Notes: generated by a model from the letters alone, not told the origin. Counted from the first letter of the stretch, positions 11,491 through 24,720 are shown. The stretch is 64,000 nt of DNA from Octopus vulgaris (GCA_951406725.2 OX597821.1:25668001-25732000), one strand, 5' to 3'. Made by a program: numbers and translations.

Positions 11491-11886
11491 GGTGCAGGCA
11501 TGGCTGCATGGTTAAGAAGTTTGCCTTTCAATTGTGCTGTATCAGGTTCAGTCCCACTGCACAACACCTTGGGCAAGTGTCTTCTATAGTCCACCATATA
11601 CATAGCCCATGATATGCTTTCACACATGCACACACACACTCACACACACACACACATACACATACATATGTGTATGTATACATATATATATTTTTAAATT
11701 TCTGTTTGTCTTCCATCTTTTGGCAATTAGGTGTCGGTTTGTTTGCATCTCCATAACTTAGCAATTCAGCAAGAATATAATGACAGAATAAATACTAGAC
11801 TTAAAATAAATCCTGCTGTTGCTTTGTCCACTAAATTCTTCAAAGTGATACCCCAGCATGACCACAGTCCAATGACTGAAACAAGT
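11491..11886 (+). mobile_element. SINE family B (tRNA head, internal microsatellite, tail)
   Basis: GGTGCAGGCATGGCTGCATGGTTAAG head, GGTTCAGTCCC B-box-like motif, tail ATGACTGAAACAAGT. Confidence 0.8.
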
Positions 11887-12034
11887 TTTAAAAAATAATA
11901 GAATATATTTCTAGGATCAATACAGTTTGTGACTGATACATTATCCAGAGGTCCAGATGTAGACAAACTAGTTTGAACTAACTTTATAATAGATAATTAT
12001 TTCTCCAGTTGATCGAATTTCCAAAGACTTCCAT

Positions 12035-12493
12035 TCTTTTCTCGCCATATTTCTGTTAAGATATATTGCATTTGTTACAATTAATTTTAAATAATGAAGA
12101 ATCTAGTAATGTAACTTTGTCGTTATTAAGCTAGTGTCTGGAACATAAATTTGCATGAAATTTTAAAGGGAGGTTTTTTAGATTACTTTAAAGAAGATGG
12201 TTCATGTCATAGTACTAAGCGTGGTCTCAAGGGAGATTAGTATCAAAAGACTAAATGGGATAAAAAACTTTAACCTTCAGATTAACCCTTTTGTTGCCAT
12301 ATTTCTATTGAAATACACTGCCTTTGTCTCTATTTTTAAAATATCAAAGAAATTTTTAAATAACTTTGTCGTTATTAAGCTGCTATTTGGAGTATAATTT
12401 AGCATGGAATTTTGATGGAACGCTTTATTTTAGATCACTTGAATTTCATAGAACCATATGCGATCTCAGTCAGGTTGGTATCAAAAGGGTTAA
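12035..12493. mobile_element. Two tandem TTAA-type MITEs
   Basis: The second copy is bounded by TTAA|CCCTTTTG (12282) and CAAAAGGG|TTAA (12493). The first is a diverged homolog sharing TAACTTTGTCGTTATTAAGCT. A third copy is at 60205-60765. Confidence 0.75.
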
Positions 12494-12896
12494 AGCCTGA
12501 GATACTTATATGAACAATGCTGGGGTTGTTAACTGCTCTTTTGTGTGAAGGAGAATTGTTCTGTGATTCTAAAACTGGCTTAGACTGACTTCATCTGTAA
12601 AATCTTGGAGATTAATTCCAGTCAAAGAAACTACATTATTAAATACAGTTTTCAGAAATATCTCTTCATAGTTCACTTTCATCTCAGTGTTTGGCTTTTA
12701 TTTTTTCTTCTCTTTCTTCTTTTCTTTTCTTTCTTTCTTTTTTTCTTTGTTTAATTCCTCTGTTTTATTTCTGGGTTCAGACAAACTTTATTACTCCTCA
12801 CCTCCTCCTTAAAAAATATATGAGTCTAAGCTATCGGATTAACTAAATATAGCCAAGGATCATATCTGATATAAAGAAAAACTTAATAAAAGGATA

Positions 12897-12937
<41 letters not shown>

Positions 12938-13344
12938 ATGTATATATATGAGCTTGAAATGAAGGTCAACTTTAGAGCCATCCAAGCAATTATATTTTAC
13001 AAATATAGTTGAAAGATCAATAGATCAGTTCGGAAAAAGGGAAAAAAAAACTAACATTATTTCTTGAAATAGATGCAGAAATGGAGCAATTGTGCAAAGA
13101 AAACATTGTAATACAGAAAACATAATTCTATATAGACAGACATATAGGCAGGCTTATTGTTATGTGTAATATAGAGATTTGGATTAAAGATAAAACTGGT
13201 CGTGTTTTGTTATTTCATTACAAATGTAGCTTTAGAGATCTTACTATTTTCAGTTTTCTCTATGGTGAATTGGAATATTGCAGTATAGCTTTATTGCTAT
13301 ATTGCAAGTTGTTATTGTTGCCTATATAGCTAGCTTAACACTTA

Positions 13345-13530
13345 ACAAGCTCATGACAGGGCCTCTATGCGGTTGCTCAATCTGCTAGAAATAGCTATCG
13401 AATCATCCTCAAATCATGCAGCACCATCTAAAAAAAGGATACATTGGATTTTACAGTCCCATGTATCTAGATCCCTAAAATATAGAATGGTCACAGCTGG
13501 AATACTGTCTTTCATCATATTGACCTGGGG
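13345..13530 (+). repeat. Dispersed SINE-like repeat
   Basis: Reverse-complement homologs at ~33660-33890 and ~63775-63945 (GCTATTTCT(A/G)GCAG, GGTGTGATTT). Confidence 0.55.
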
Positions 13531-13675
13531 TTCAAATCTCCCTCTTCCTCAAAGAAACCCCAACTTATATCATCTCAGTTTCTACCTAAAAATTCCACCC
13601 AGTCAACTCTACTCCACAATTTCCATTCCATTTATACATGTATGTGTGTTTGTGCGTGTGTGTGTATGTATGTAC

Positions 13676-13709
<34 letters not shown>

Positions 13710-13711
<2 letters not shown>

Positions 13712-14400
13712 CATCATCATCATTTAACATTTGTCATTCATGCTGGCATGGGTTGGACAGTTTGAGCAGAGCTGGCAAGCTGTAGAGCTGCACCAGACTC
13801 CAGTCTGATTAGGTATGGTTTCTATAGTTGGATGCCCTTCTTAATGCCATCCACTTTACAGAGTATGCTGGGTGCTTTTACGTGGCACCACATGGACGCT
13901 TTTACATGGCACGGCATTGCACAAGAACTTTATGTGACACTGCCACGAGAACTTTGAGTCACCAAAGGGATTGGTCTTAACACTTCCATTGAGGAGTATG
14001 GGTCTTCTTGAGCACAGCAAGGTGCCAGGTATCTCGGTCCTTTGTCATCTCGCCTGAAAGGTTCAGTGTCCTGAGGTCATTCTTCAGTACTTCATTCCAT
14101 GTCTTCTTAGGTCTCCCACTTTCATGTGTTCCATTTTTTTGAGAGATCTGCACTTCTTTATGGCGCTATCTGCATCCATCCACATCACATGAGCAAACCA
14201 GTGCAGACTTCTCTCTTGCACACAGCAACTAATTCCTCTTATGCCTAACCTCTCTCAAAACATTAGTACACTGTCAAACATGTACACTTACATTATACAT
14301 CCAGCAGAGCATACTAGCCTCATTCCTTTCTAATTTTTTCATGTCCTCTGCATTCAGGGCCCACATCTCACTACCATGTAGAATTGCTGTCTGTATACAA
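13710..14400 (-). mobile_element. RTE-clade LINE 3' fragment (older subfamily)
   Basis: The minus strand encodes decayed LHGSE.W, RMLCWM and RRL.WFAHVMWMD motifs; 3' UTR ends in (GAT)n at 13710-13723. Confidence 0.8.
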
Positions 14401-14440
<40 letters not shown>

Positions 14441-14574
14441 CATAATTAAATCTCAGAATGAGATTGAAACAGTAATCGCTCGATAATGTAAAGTATAGAA
14501 GCCATCTTATCTATGTGGTTAGCCATGATAAGATGGCTTCTATACTATATATATATATATATATATAAATGTAT

Positions 14575-16122
14575 ATCATCATCATTATCATCCTCCTCCT
14601 CCTCCTCCTCATCATCATCATTGACAATTTGACTGGGCTGGCGTGCTGGAAGGCTGCACCAGACTCCAGTCTGATTTGGCATGGTTTTCTGCAGCTGGAT
14701 GCCCTTCCAAACATCAACCACTCTGAGAGTGTGATGGGTGCCATTTGTGTGAGACCAGTATCTGCCATGACTATAATTTTGCTTGGATTGATGGGTCTTC
14801 TCCTCAAGCGCAACATTATGCCAAAGGTCTTGGTTATTGCCTCCATGAAGCCCAATACTCAAAAGAAACTTAGCCACTTTGCCTCTGTGAAGCTCGACAT
14901 TCAGAAAATATTCTTTATGTGCCACCAGAATGGCAAACACAGCACATTGCTTAGGTCTCACTCACCAGTCATTGCCACTGTGAAGCAATGACTTCCTGGG
15001 TATATCCTGGGTCTACTTCTACCACAGGTTCCCTCCACAGTTAGAGATCTTTACACAGCTGTCCTCATCCATACGCATCACATGACCATACCAGCACAAT
15101 CGTATCTCTTGCTCACCACAACTGATGCCTAACTTTTCTCTCAAGGTGCTCACACTGTTGAACATGCACACTGACATTGCACATCCAGCAAAGCATACTG
15201 GCTTCATTTCTTTCAAGCTTACGCATGTCCTCAGCTGTTTGGACACAGGCATCAAACAATCTGCCTTTTACTCTAAGAGAGAGGCCCTTTGTTGCCAGCA
15301 GGGGTAGGAGCTCTCTGAACTTTGCCCAGCCTAATCTTATTCTCACAGCTATGCTCTTGGAGCATCCACAACTAACTTGGTCACCTAGATAATAGAAGCT
15401 ATCTACTACTTCTAACTTGCCCCCTTGCATTTAATGGAGTCTATTTTCTGCACATTTTCAGCATCTATTGCACCTGTACACCTTCCACATACAAAAGTTA
15501 GTTTCCCTATCAACCTTCCACTGATGTTACTGCACCTTTCATGTATTCAAAGCTTACACTGGATGCATCTTATGAAATTTCTACCTACACCTTTTCTACA
15601 GTGTTCGGTTTCCTACTTACTATGACTTTGATTCTAGACCTTGCTTAATACCTGAAACTTCTCTAGTTCAAGTAGTGATTCAGCTATTAGAGCAAGGTCA
15701 TCAGCATAGAGGAGCTCCCAGGGGCACCTTGTCTTGAATTCCTCTGTTATTGCTTGAAAAACTATGATGATCAAGAGGGGGATGAGCACCGATCCTGGGT
15801 GAACCCCTACTTATACCCTGAATTCGTTGCTGTACTCATTGCCCACCCTCACCTTATAGGTAGCATCCCTCTACAAGGCTTGCACAGTTCTCACCAAACC
15901 ACTCGTCTATCCCTAGTTTCCACATTGACCACCAGATAAAGGATCAGGGCACCCTGTCAAAGCTTTCTCTAAGTCAACAAAAGCCAATTACAGAGGTTTA
16001 TCTTTGGCTAGGTATTTCTCCTGCAGTTGCCTTACCAGAAATATAGCATCAGTGGTCCTTCTACCTGGCACAAAACCAAACTGCATCTCATCTAGACTAA
16101 CCCTCTCCCTAATTAGTTGGGA
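14575..16122 (-). mobile_element. RTE-clade LINE, 5'-truncated and decayed RT
   Basis: Minus strand: LDEMQFGFVPGR, AFVDLEKAFDRVP, LLYADDLAL, FYYLGDQVS, RIRLGWAKFRELLPLL; (GAT/GAG)n tail. Confidence 0.92.
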
Positions 16123-16263
16123 TATATATATATATATATATGAAAAGAGAGAGAGAGGGAGAAAGAGTAATAGTTTGTGAAGTTACAGGGATGTAAACAC
16201 ATCAATACCGGTTATCAAGTGGGGGTGGAGAATAAACATAGACATGCACATGTGTATATACAT

Positions 16264-16304
<41 letters not shown>

Positions 16305-16309
<5 letters not shown>

Positions 16310-16526
16310 ATTCCTCGCCATATCACAGTTCACCTATCATGGTTTATTATTTAAGCTTACGCCGATTCCTTTGTGGTGTTGTTTTGCATTTATAATAAAA
16401 TAAATATATACAAATTATAAAAATAATAAAACAAATATACCGTACAGTACTGTTTCTACTTCACTGACTTTCACCTATCGCAGGGGGTTCTGGAACGTAA
16501 CACCCACAATAGTCACGAGATTACTA
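16305..16526. mobile_element. pogo/Tigger-like MITE
   Basis: Imperfect TIR AGTAATTCCTCG / CGAGATTACT within TA runs. Confidence 0.55.
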
Positions 16527-16554
16527 TATATATATTTATATATATGTATAAATT

Positions 16555-16875
16555 ATGGGCTTCTTTCAGTTTCCATCTACCAAATTCCCTTACATTTGTT
16601 GGCTCAAGGCAGTAGTAGAACACATTTGCCCAAGGTGTCACACTGGGATTGAACCTAGAACCATGTGGTTGGGAAACAAATGTCTTTTGTTTTGGTAGAG
16701 AGTAGCATTGGATAGAATTTTTAGTCAGGGTTTGGCTAGTTTGCCTCCCAACCACATGGTTTTGGGTTCAGTCCTGCCGCATGGCACCTTGGGCAAGTTC
16801 TTATGCTATAACTCCAGCCCAGCCAAAGCCTTGTGAGTAGATTTTGGTAAATGCAAACTGAAAGAAACCCATCAT
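16555..16875. mobile_element. Two SINE family B heads in opposite orientation
   Basis: 16555-16680 (-) and 16738-16875 (+) are reverse-complement homologs about 60 bp apart. Confidence 0.75.
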
Positions 16876-17062
16876 GTATGTATGTGTGTGTATGTATGTA
16901 TGTATGTATGTATGTATGCATGTATGCATGTATGCATGTATGTATGTATCATGTAAGTATGTATGTATCATGTATGTATGTATGTATGCATGCATGCATG
17001 TATGCATGTATGTATCATGTATGTATGTATGTATGTATCATGTATGTATGTATGTATGTACA
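16874..17062. repeat. Degenerate (ATGT)n microsatellite
   Basis: Directly visible tetranucleotide array. Confidence 0.95.
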
Positions 17063-17499
17063 TACATATTTATGTTCTCTTTCTCTTTCTCATTTAAAGT
17101 AAATTTTGACCAGCCACCTATTTGATAGCATGGTTTGAAGGAAAGCATCTTGTTTTAACCATCATCCTTTAAATCATAAGAAGATTGCATGTATATATGT
17201 ATGTGTGTGTGTGTGTGCATGTGTGTCTGTACTATCTTCTTGCCTTGATATTGTGTAATAGTTGCAAAATGAATGTCACCATTGTGTAAATAGGTGTCTT
17301 TCATTTCCAATCTTCCATGAAAACATGTCTCGTCATGGGAAATATTACCTTCTTTAGAAAGGGGTGAGGATAGCCGACAGGAAGCGCATCCAGACATAGA
17401 AAATCCACTTAAATAAATTCTATCTGGTCCATGCAAGCATAGAAAAGTGTAGGATAAAACGACGAATCTTGATGCCTGGAAATAAATTCCTAACCTTAA

Positions 17500-17830
17500 C
17501 ATCATCATCATCATCATCATCGTTTAACGTCCGTTTTCCATGCTAGCATGGGTTGGACGATTCAACTGGGATCTGGGAAGCCAGGAGGCTGCACCAGGCT
17601 CCAGTCTGATCTGGCAGTGTTTCTACAGCTGGATGCCCTTCCTAATGCCAACCACTCCGTGAGTGTAGTGGGTGCTTTTTACGTGCCACCGGCACACATA
17701 CCAGGCGAGGCTGGCAACGGCCACGATCGGTTGGTGCTTTTTACGTGCCACCGGCACGGAAGCCAGTCAAGGCAGCGCTGGCATCGGCCATGTTCGGATG
17801 GTGCTTTTTACATGCCACTGGCACAGGGAT
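17500..17830 (-). mobile_element. RTE 3' UTR fragment
   Basis: (CAT)n then CGTTTAACGTCCG...CTGGATGCCCTTCC and three GGTGCTTTTTACGTGCCAC-type units; homolog of 19620-19972. Confidence 0.85.
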
Positions 17831-18624
17831 CATTTTAACCAAAGTAACTAACAATATTTAACAATAACAACAGTATGAATATTAAAAAAAAAATTGCAGA
17901 TCTAGCCAACCCTAAGCATAGAACAAAGAAGAAAGCATATTTAAAAATCACAAATGTTTGTCATCATCAATAACAACATATTGCCATCAAGTTTGCTATG
18001 CCATTATTCTAAATAAAGAATAAGAGCTTTGTCAGAATGCAATAATGCTCCACTGCTGTGTTGGAAGTTAATACTTTAACCAACTCTAATTTCTGCTAAT
18101 GCCTTTACTAGAAAATCACTCAACACAGAATCTCATTACACACTTACTAAAACTGGCGTTGGTATGTCAGATTGTTTTTAAGCAAACCTAATGTAATTAA
18201 TAGAAATTCTTGAGGGCTGCATCATTGCTGCTAATTAGTGAAATTAATCGAGTCTAAATACAACCTGCTTTTAGAAGAAACTAAGACCTAAAACAACAAG
18301 TTAATAATAATAATGATGATGATGATGATGATGACGACGATGATAACCTTATTATTACTTATTTTGAGGCTGACTTCTGTTTTTATTGTGGTATGTATTT
18401 CAATAAACTTCTATTTATCCTGTCCTGCTAACATATTGGTTTGATGTGCTGGAGGATATTCTGCCAAAGTGCATGCACACATATATGTTTATGTTCACAC
18501 ACACACACGCATGCATGTACACACACGAATATTATGTATATGTACATGATTACATATATCTATATGTGTGTGTGTGTGCATAAGTAAATTCACCCATCTA
18601 TATACAAATGTTTGCTGGAACTGC

Positions 18625-18772
18625 ATGGCTGTGTGGTAAGAAGCTTGCTTCCCAACCACATGGTTCCAGGTTCAGTCCTATTGCGTAGCACCTTGGGTAA
18701 GTCTCTTCTACCCTGGGCTGACCAAAGCCTTGTGAGTGGATTCGGTAGACAGAAACTGAAAGAAGCCCATCA
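18625..18772 (+). mobile_element. SINE family B head
   Basis: CATGGCTGTGTGGTAAGAAGCTTGC...GAAACTGAAAGAAGCCC. Confidence 0.8.
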
Positions 18773-18797
18773 TATATTATATATATATATATATATA

Positions 18798-19972
18798 GGT
18801 GACCAAGTCAGTAGCAGGGGTGGGTGTGCTGAAAGTGTAACTGCTAGAATAAGAATAGCCTGGGCAAAGTTTAGAAAGCTCTTACCCCTGCTGGTGATTA
18901 AAGGCCTCTCGCTCAGAGTAAAAGGCAGGCTGTATGATGCATGTGTACGTACAGCCATGCTACATGGTAGTGAAACATGGGCTGTGACTGCTGAGGATAT
19001 GCGTAAGCTCGCAAGAAATGAAGCCAGTATGCTCCGATGGATGTGTAATGTCAGTGTTCATAATCGACAGAGTGTAAGTACCTTGAGAGAAAAGTTGGAC
19101 CTAAGAAGCATCAGTTGTGGTGTGCAAGAGAGACGTTTGCGCTGGTATGGTCATGTGACGAGAATGGCTGTTGTGTGCAAAAGTGCCACACCCTAGCAGT
19201 TGAGGGAACCTGTGGAAGAGGTAGACCCAGGAAAACCTGGGACGAGGTGGTGAAGCACGACCTTCGAACTTTAGGTCTCACCAAGGACATGACTAGAGAC
19301 CGAGACCTATGGAAGTATGCTGTGCGTGAGAAGACCCAAAAGACCAGTGAGAATATAACCTGTGGCCTACATACCTTTCCTTCTTGGGACACAAAACTCC
19401 ACTTGTGAAGACCCGTTGAGATAAGTGAAAATCAAATCAAATCAAAATCAAAATCAAACCAAATCAAATCGGGACACAAAACTCCACTTGTGAAGACCCG
19501 TTGAGACAAGTGAAAATCAAATCAAATCAAAATCAAAATCAAAATCAAACCAAATCAAATCAGATATCAGAAAGCAGAACCAAAATCGAAGTCGATCAAC
19601 ATCAATGAAAATTGCAGCTGTGGTTAAGCGAACCATCCAATCATAGCCGTTGCCAGCGCCGCCCCGACTGGCCTCCGTGCCGGTTGCACGTAAAAGCACC
19701 ATCCGTTCATGTCCGTTGCCAGCCTCACCTGGCCCCGTGCCGGTGACACGTAAAAGCACCATCCGTTCATGGCCGTTTGCCAGCTCCGTCTGGCACCTGT
19801 AAAAAGCACCCACTACACTCACGGAGTGGTTGGCGTTAGGAAGGGCATCCAGCCGTAGAAACACTGCCAGATCAGACTGGGCCTGATGCAGCCTCCTGGC
19901 TTCACAGACCCCAGTTGAACCGTCCAACCCATGCTAGCATGGAAAGCGGACGCTAAATGATGATGATGATGA
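18798..19972 (+). mobile_element. RTE-clade LINE 3' end (ORF C-terminus + 3' UTR), relatively young
   Basis: GDQVS...RIRIAWAKF...LHGSETWAV...RRLRWYGHV...GRGRPRKTW; CpG-rich UTR with ~60-bp tandem units; (GAT)n tail. Confidence 0.92.
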
Positions 19973-19974
19973 TA

Positions 19975-20452
19975 CAGAGGTTGAGCTAAATAATGGAAAC
20001 ACCTTAAAATTTCAAACAAATTTATTTTAATATGAGGGTACGACTGCCTTTGGCAGTAATTACAGCTTAAATTCTACAAGGTATGGACTCATACAAAGTT
20101 TGAATTGTTTCCAAAGGAATTTTTGTCCATTCTTCAGCTAAAACAATCTCTAGTTCTTGTAGTGACGATGGTGGAGGATATCGACTACTTACTTGTTTTT
20201 CTAAAATGCACCATAAATGTTAAATAATATTGAGATCTGGGGACTGTGGTGGCCAGATAAGACGTTCGACTTCACTAGAATGTTCCTTGTACCATTCAGT
20301 AACAACTTTAGCTGTGTGAATTGGTGCATTATCATCCTGAAAGATTGCATTTCCCCTCCAGAAACTGTTCCGCAACCATAGGATGAATCTGATCAGATAA
20401 AATGCTTAAATAGTCTTGACTATTAATTCTGCCATGAAGGGAAACCATTGGG
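19975..20452 (-). mobile_element. Tc1-like transposon 3' fragment
   Basis: TA|CAGAGGTTGAGCTAAATAATGGAAACACC terminus; the minus strand encodes FQDDNAPIHTAK...WPPQSPDLNII. Confidence 0.88.
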
Positions 20453-20976
20453 CAGTTCAGTAAAAGAGACCAATGGAATAAATGCCATGCTTAAAAATAA
20501 GTACTGGAGTTAATTTGTTCAACTAAACCTTTCGCGGTGATGCCCCAGCATGGCCGCAGTCCATTGACCGAAACAAGTAAAAGATAAAAGATATGCAAAA
20601 GTCTCTCTCAGTGTCCATGCGAATAACTACATCTAGCTCTGTGTGTGTGTGTGTGTGTGGATAGTTTGTTAGCACCAATGATGTACTCTAGGTTCAAAAT
20701 GGGAAGTCAGGGATTTTAGGACTGTGTTTATTTTAGTTTATTGAAGTTCATCTTTCCCAAATAGTTTAGTAAAAAAAAAAAAAAGAAAAATAAAGGAGCA
20801 GAATCCATGGACAAAGTTGCAAGAAATAAATGGGTAAATTTAATACAGTTAATATTTGAACTTTTGAAAGGAGCCACATAGAGACTTCCAAGGAGTTTAC
20901 CATTTCTTGGGAAGAAGGAATGAACAAAATGTTTTGCATCAACTAAGAACAAGTCCAAATCAACCATCAAATTATT

Positions 20977-21140
20977 CTTTCTAATTTTAGCACAAGGCCA
21001 GCAATTTTGAGGTGAGGCGCTAAGTTCACTGACATCAACTAAATTACTTGACTGGTATTTATTATATAAACGACCCCGAAATGATGAAAGGCAAAGTTGA
21101 CCTCAGCAGGAGCTGAAACCCGAACGTAAGAGCTGAGGTT
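20977..21140 (-). mobile_element. SINE family A, diverged
   Basis: Reverse complement of the core, seen as GACCCCGAAATGATGAAAGGCAAAGTTGACC. Confidence 0.65.
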
Positions 21141-21657
21141 AACCATGAATTAATATAAGCACACATTAAGATATGAATTGAGAAGGGGGCCAGTGCTGGA
21201 TTTGCTATGGTACAAATGGTAGATAATTTCATTTCTTTTTTTTAATGGATGAAAATGGTGTTGAAAATTTGAATTTTTCATGTCCTTGTAAATCTAAATG
21301 ATTTGCCTGTATTTCTTGCTGTTATTTAATGTTAAATAAATAGAATTTTAAAAATGTGTTATCTTTGATATTGTTGTGAGTTCTGGACTGGGGAATGATG
21401 GCCTGGAAGTACAAGATCAAACCCAAATGCCGAAAGGATGTTGCTGCAAGCCATACACTTAGCACCAAATCTGTGGTGATGGGGTCTGTACGCTAGAGAT
21501 AGACAGGACAGTAGTAGAGAGTTATGGGAGGTGCAGTCTTGACTGCCACTGTTAATCCTACCATCATCATTACATATATGTGCTCCACCTTCAGTAGAAT
21601 TTGTGAGTCCAGAATAAGACTGTCCAACCTTCAAAGATCTCGTTATTAAGAACATGG

Positions 21658-21870
21658 AAAGCAGTGAACTGGCAGAATTACTAGCATTCCAGGAAAAATG
21701 TTTAGTGGCATTTCATCTGTTTTCGCGGTCTGAGTTCACCAATGTCAACTTTACCATTCATCTTTTCAGGTTCAATAAAATAAGTACCAGTTGAGTACTG
21801 GGGTTGATGTAATCAACTAGCCTGCTTCCTGCCAAATTTCAGTCCTTGTACCTATAGCAGGAAGGATTAT
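21658..21870 (+). mobile_element. SINE family A, diverged
   Basis: GCAGTGAACTGGCAGAA head; AATAAAATAAGTACCAGTTGAGTACTGGGG core. Confidence 0.7.
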
Positions 21871-22789
21871 TGAGAGTGGTTATTGTCACTGAATTTCAGT
21901 GGATAACAAAAATGTGATGTCTCTATGGAATGGTCATGGCTGGAGTACTCTTAATTATATATCTACTGGATCAAGGTCAAAATGAGGCCAAACAACGACA
22001 AGAGATACTTTTTTTTATCAAACTTGAAAAAATTAGAAGCAAGTTGGCCTCAGTGGAATTTGAACTCATGTATACAACTAAATACACATTCATGAGGCCC
22101 AAACTATTCAATTTCTGCAGTATTATCACATTACCATATTCTAAGAAAATCATGGACATTATATCATTGTATCCAATTTGTGTACATTATGATGTATGTT
22201 TATGTCATTAACTAATTATGACCCAGTGTTATTTGTGATTTTGATATTAATTGAAAGTTGTTTGATTTTCATCAATGTGAAACCCTAGGTTCTACGAGGT
22301 TAGCATTAATTTGATTAAAAAGTTTTTTGATCCATAAAGTTTTCTGGTTTAGTTCCACTGTGTGGCATCTTAGATAAATGTGAAAAGCTTATATGTATGT
22401 GTGTGTGTGTGTGTGCATGTGAGAGGGAGAGGGGTTGTGGTGTGTTGTATAGGAATAGGAGGTAAAAAATTAAGACAAATAATAAGTAGGAATTGGTTAT
22501 ATATATATATATATATATTCTCTTTTTTTTACTGTTTTCAATCATTAGAATACAACCATACTGGAGCACTACTTTCAAGCATTTTAGTTTTGCTGATATT
22601 AACCTTAGTATATATTTTAGTCAAGTAGTTATTCTTCTCAGTCTACATTTATCAAATATTTATTTTTTGACTTAAAGGGCCACACCGTAGGTAAGTTTAC
22701 ACCCTCAAATATAAACATGGACAAAAACAAAAACATTCATGCATAGATACTTACACATATACATGCATACATTTAAAAATTATTTTATG

Positions 22790-23088
22790 CGCCCTTTTCA
22801 AGCCTAGCCTGGCTCATGGGCCCAGTTTCCCAGTTTCTGTGACATATGTGTTCCCCCAGCTGGACGGGTCACCAGTCCATCGCAGTGTTACTCAAGAAGC
22901 AGGAAGAGTGAGTGAGAGAAAGTTGGGGCGAAAGAGTACAACAGGGTTTGCCACCACCCCCTGCCGGAGCCTCATGGAGCTTTAGATGTTTTCGCTCAAT
23001 AAACACACACAATGCCTGGTCTGGGAATCGAAACTACGATCCTCCAACCGCGAGTCCGCTGCCCTAACCACTGGGCCATTGCACCTCC
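22790..23088 (-). mobile_element. tRNA-derived SINE family D (tail type 1)
   Basis: Head GGAGGTGCAATGGCCCAGTGGTTAGGGCAGCGGACTCGCGG with A/B boxes, shared with 55027; tail contains GCGATGGACTGGTGACCCGTCCAG. Confidence 0.85.
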
Positions 23089-23846
23089 ACACAGGCATAC
23101 ATACATGCATATATTTATACATACACACATGCATGCATTCATGTATGCATACATATACATATACACAGGCATGCACACACACTCATATACATGCAAACAC
23201 ACGTATAACTTGCTTCTACACAGCTTTTTTCAACTAAATTCTGTTCTTCTAGCATTGGTCAAAGTCTGCAGGAGGAGATATTTGCTTAAGGTTCTCTGCA
23301 ATGTAATTGAACTCATGTGGTTGCCTGCCTGTATATATTCTACTGTCTTTTGTTAATTTACTTTTTTCACCGAGAAGCATAAACACACTCAATACACTCT
23401 TATGTTTGAACAAAAAGTCTTATCTGATCTTAACTTGCTGGCATACACAGGTTAATTTCAAAGCAGTACTGTTTCTTGATGCTAGATTAAAGAAACAACG
23501 AAACTCAAACTCAACATCATTTGAAGTCATTTTACATGTCTTAGCAACCTATTTCCATTGTTCGTTATTCGTTATTTTAGATTCATATTTCATTATTTTA
23601 GATTTACTGATAAGTAAGGTCGGCTGTAAAGTTGGTTGCACAAAACCTTTATGTATAATGTAATAATCCTGTAGTATCACTCAGTTTTCTGTCTGTTTGT
23701 CTCTATGTATTTGTGCATGCATGTGTCTCTCTCTCTCTGTATAAATGTATGTATGTTGTTAGGTGTAGAGTTATGTTTGTGATCATGATAAAACAGATGT
23801 TAAATGAAGGAAAGAATGATATACATATGTGTGTATTTATGTTTGA

Positions 23847-23877
<31 letters not shown>

Positions 23878-23963
23878 TGCATGATATATGCATAGCATTT
23901 TTATTATACATAAATGTATTATTGTATGTCTATAGGTAAGCATCTGTGTACATGTATGTATTT

Positions 23964-23994
<31 letters not shown>

Positions 23995-24720
23995 GTCATC
24001 AAAACCTGAATAAGTCAAAATGACACCTAAAATATTGACTGCAATATTTCTTTCACATTAAGAAATATTGCTGTTCAGAAAAAAATTGCAAATGTTTCAA
24101 TTTGAAAGGGATTCTGATGTGTCAATGTCATCAATATGAATCATATCTCATTCTCTTACCGTTTTACTTTATCATTGAGTCTTCTACAATGGGGAGAAGC
24201 TTTCAACTTTTTGGTGGGGAAGATGAGATAGAGTCAGTGTCCAGTGAGAATCTGACCATCTTCAGAGAGAAATAGAGCCATACGATAGTGCAATGAGGAT
24301 CAAATATCATATTATATTTGACAGCTGCCTGTCAAATGATTTGATCCTCAATCAGAGAATGACCTGTTCTAAAGCTGGCTAGTTCAGAAGGTTCTGCAGT
24401 TTAGGAATATTCCATTAAGTCTTTGAGTGAAAACTGAGAAAGATTGTAACTGTACTGACAGTGATAATGTTCCACTTCTAAGGAAATACGAAATATATTT
24501 GTACATATGTATATGTATGTATATATATATATATGCATAAGTTTGTGTGTACATATGTATGCATATGTATATGTGTGTTTGTGCATATTTGTATCAATAA
24601 AGATGTATGAACATGTAACTTGTAAATACACATAAATAAGAATGTAATTTGCTGTTCTTTTATTGGCAGAATCCACAGAAAAAAAAGGTACTCTGTCCAG
24701 TGAGGGAGAAATATCATTTG

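Noticed and set aside
18612-19196. 194-aa ORF as a host gene
   Set aside because: Chance fusion of a SINE head, (TA)n and the RTE ORF C-terminus.
21359-21655. 98-aa minus-strand ORF in moderately GC-rich DNA
   Set aside because: No recognisable motif or exon boundaries.
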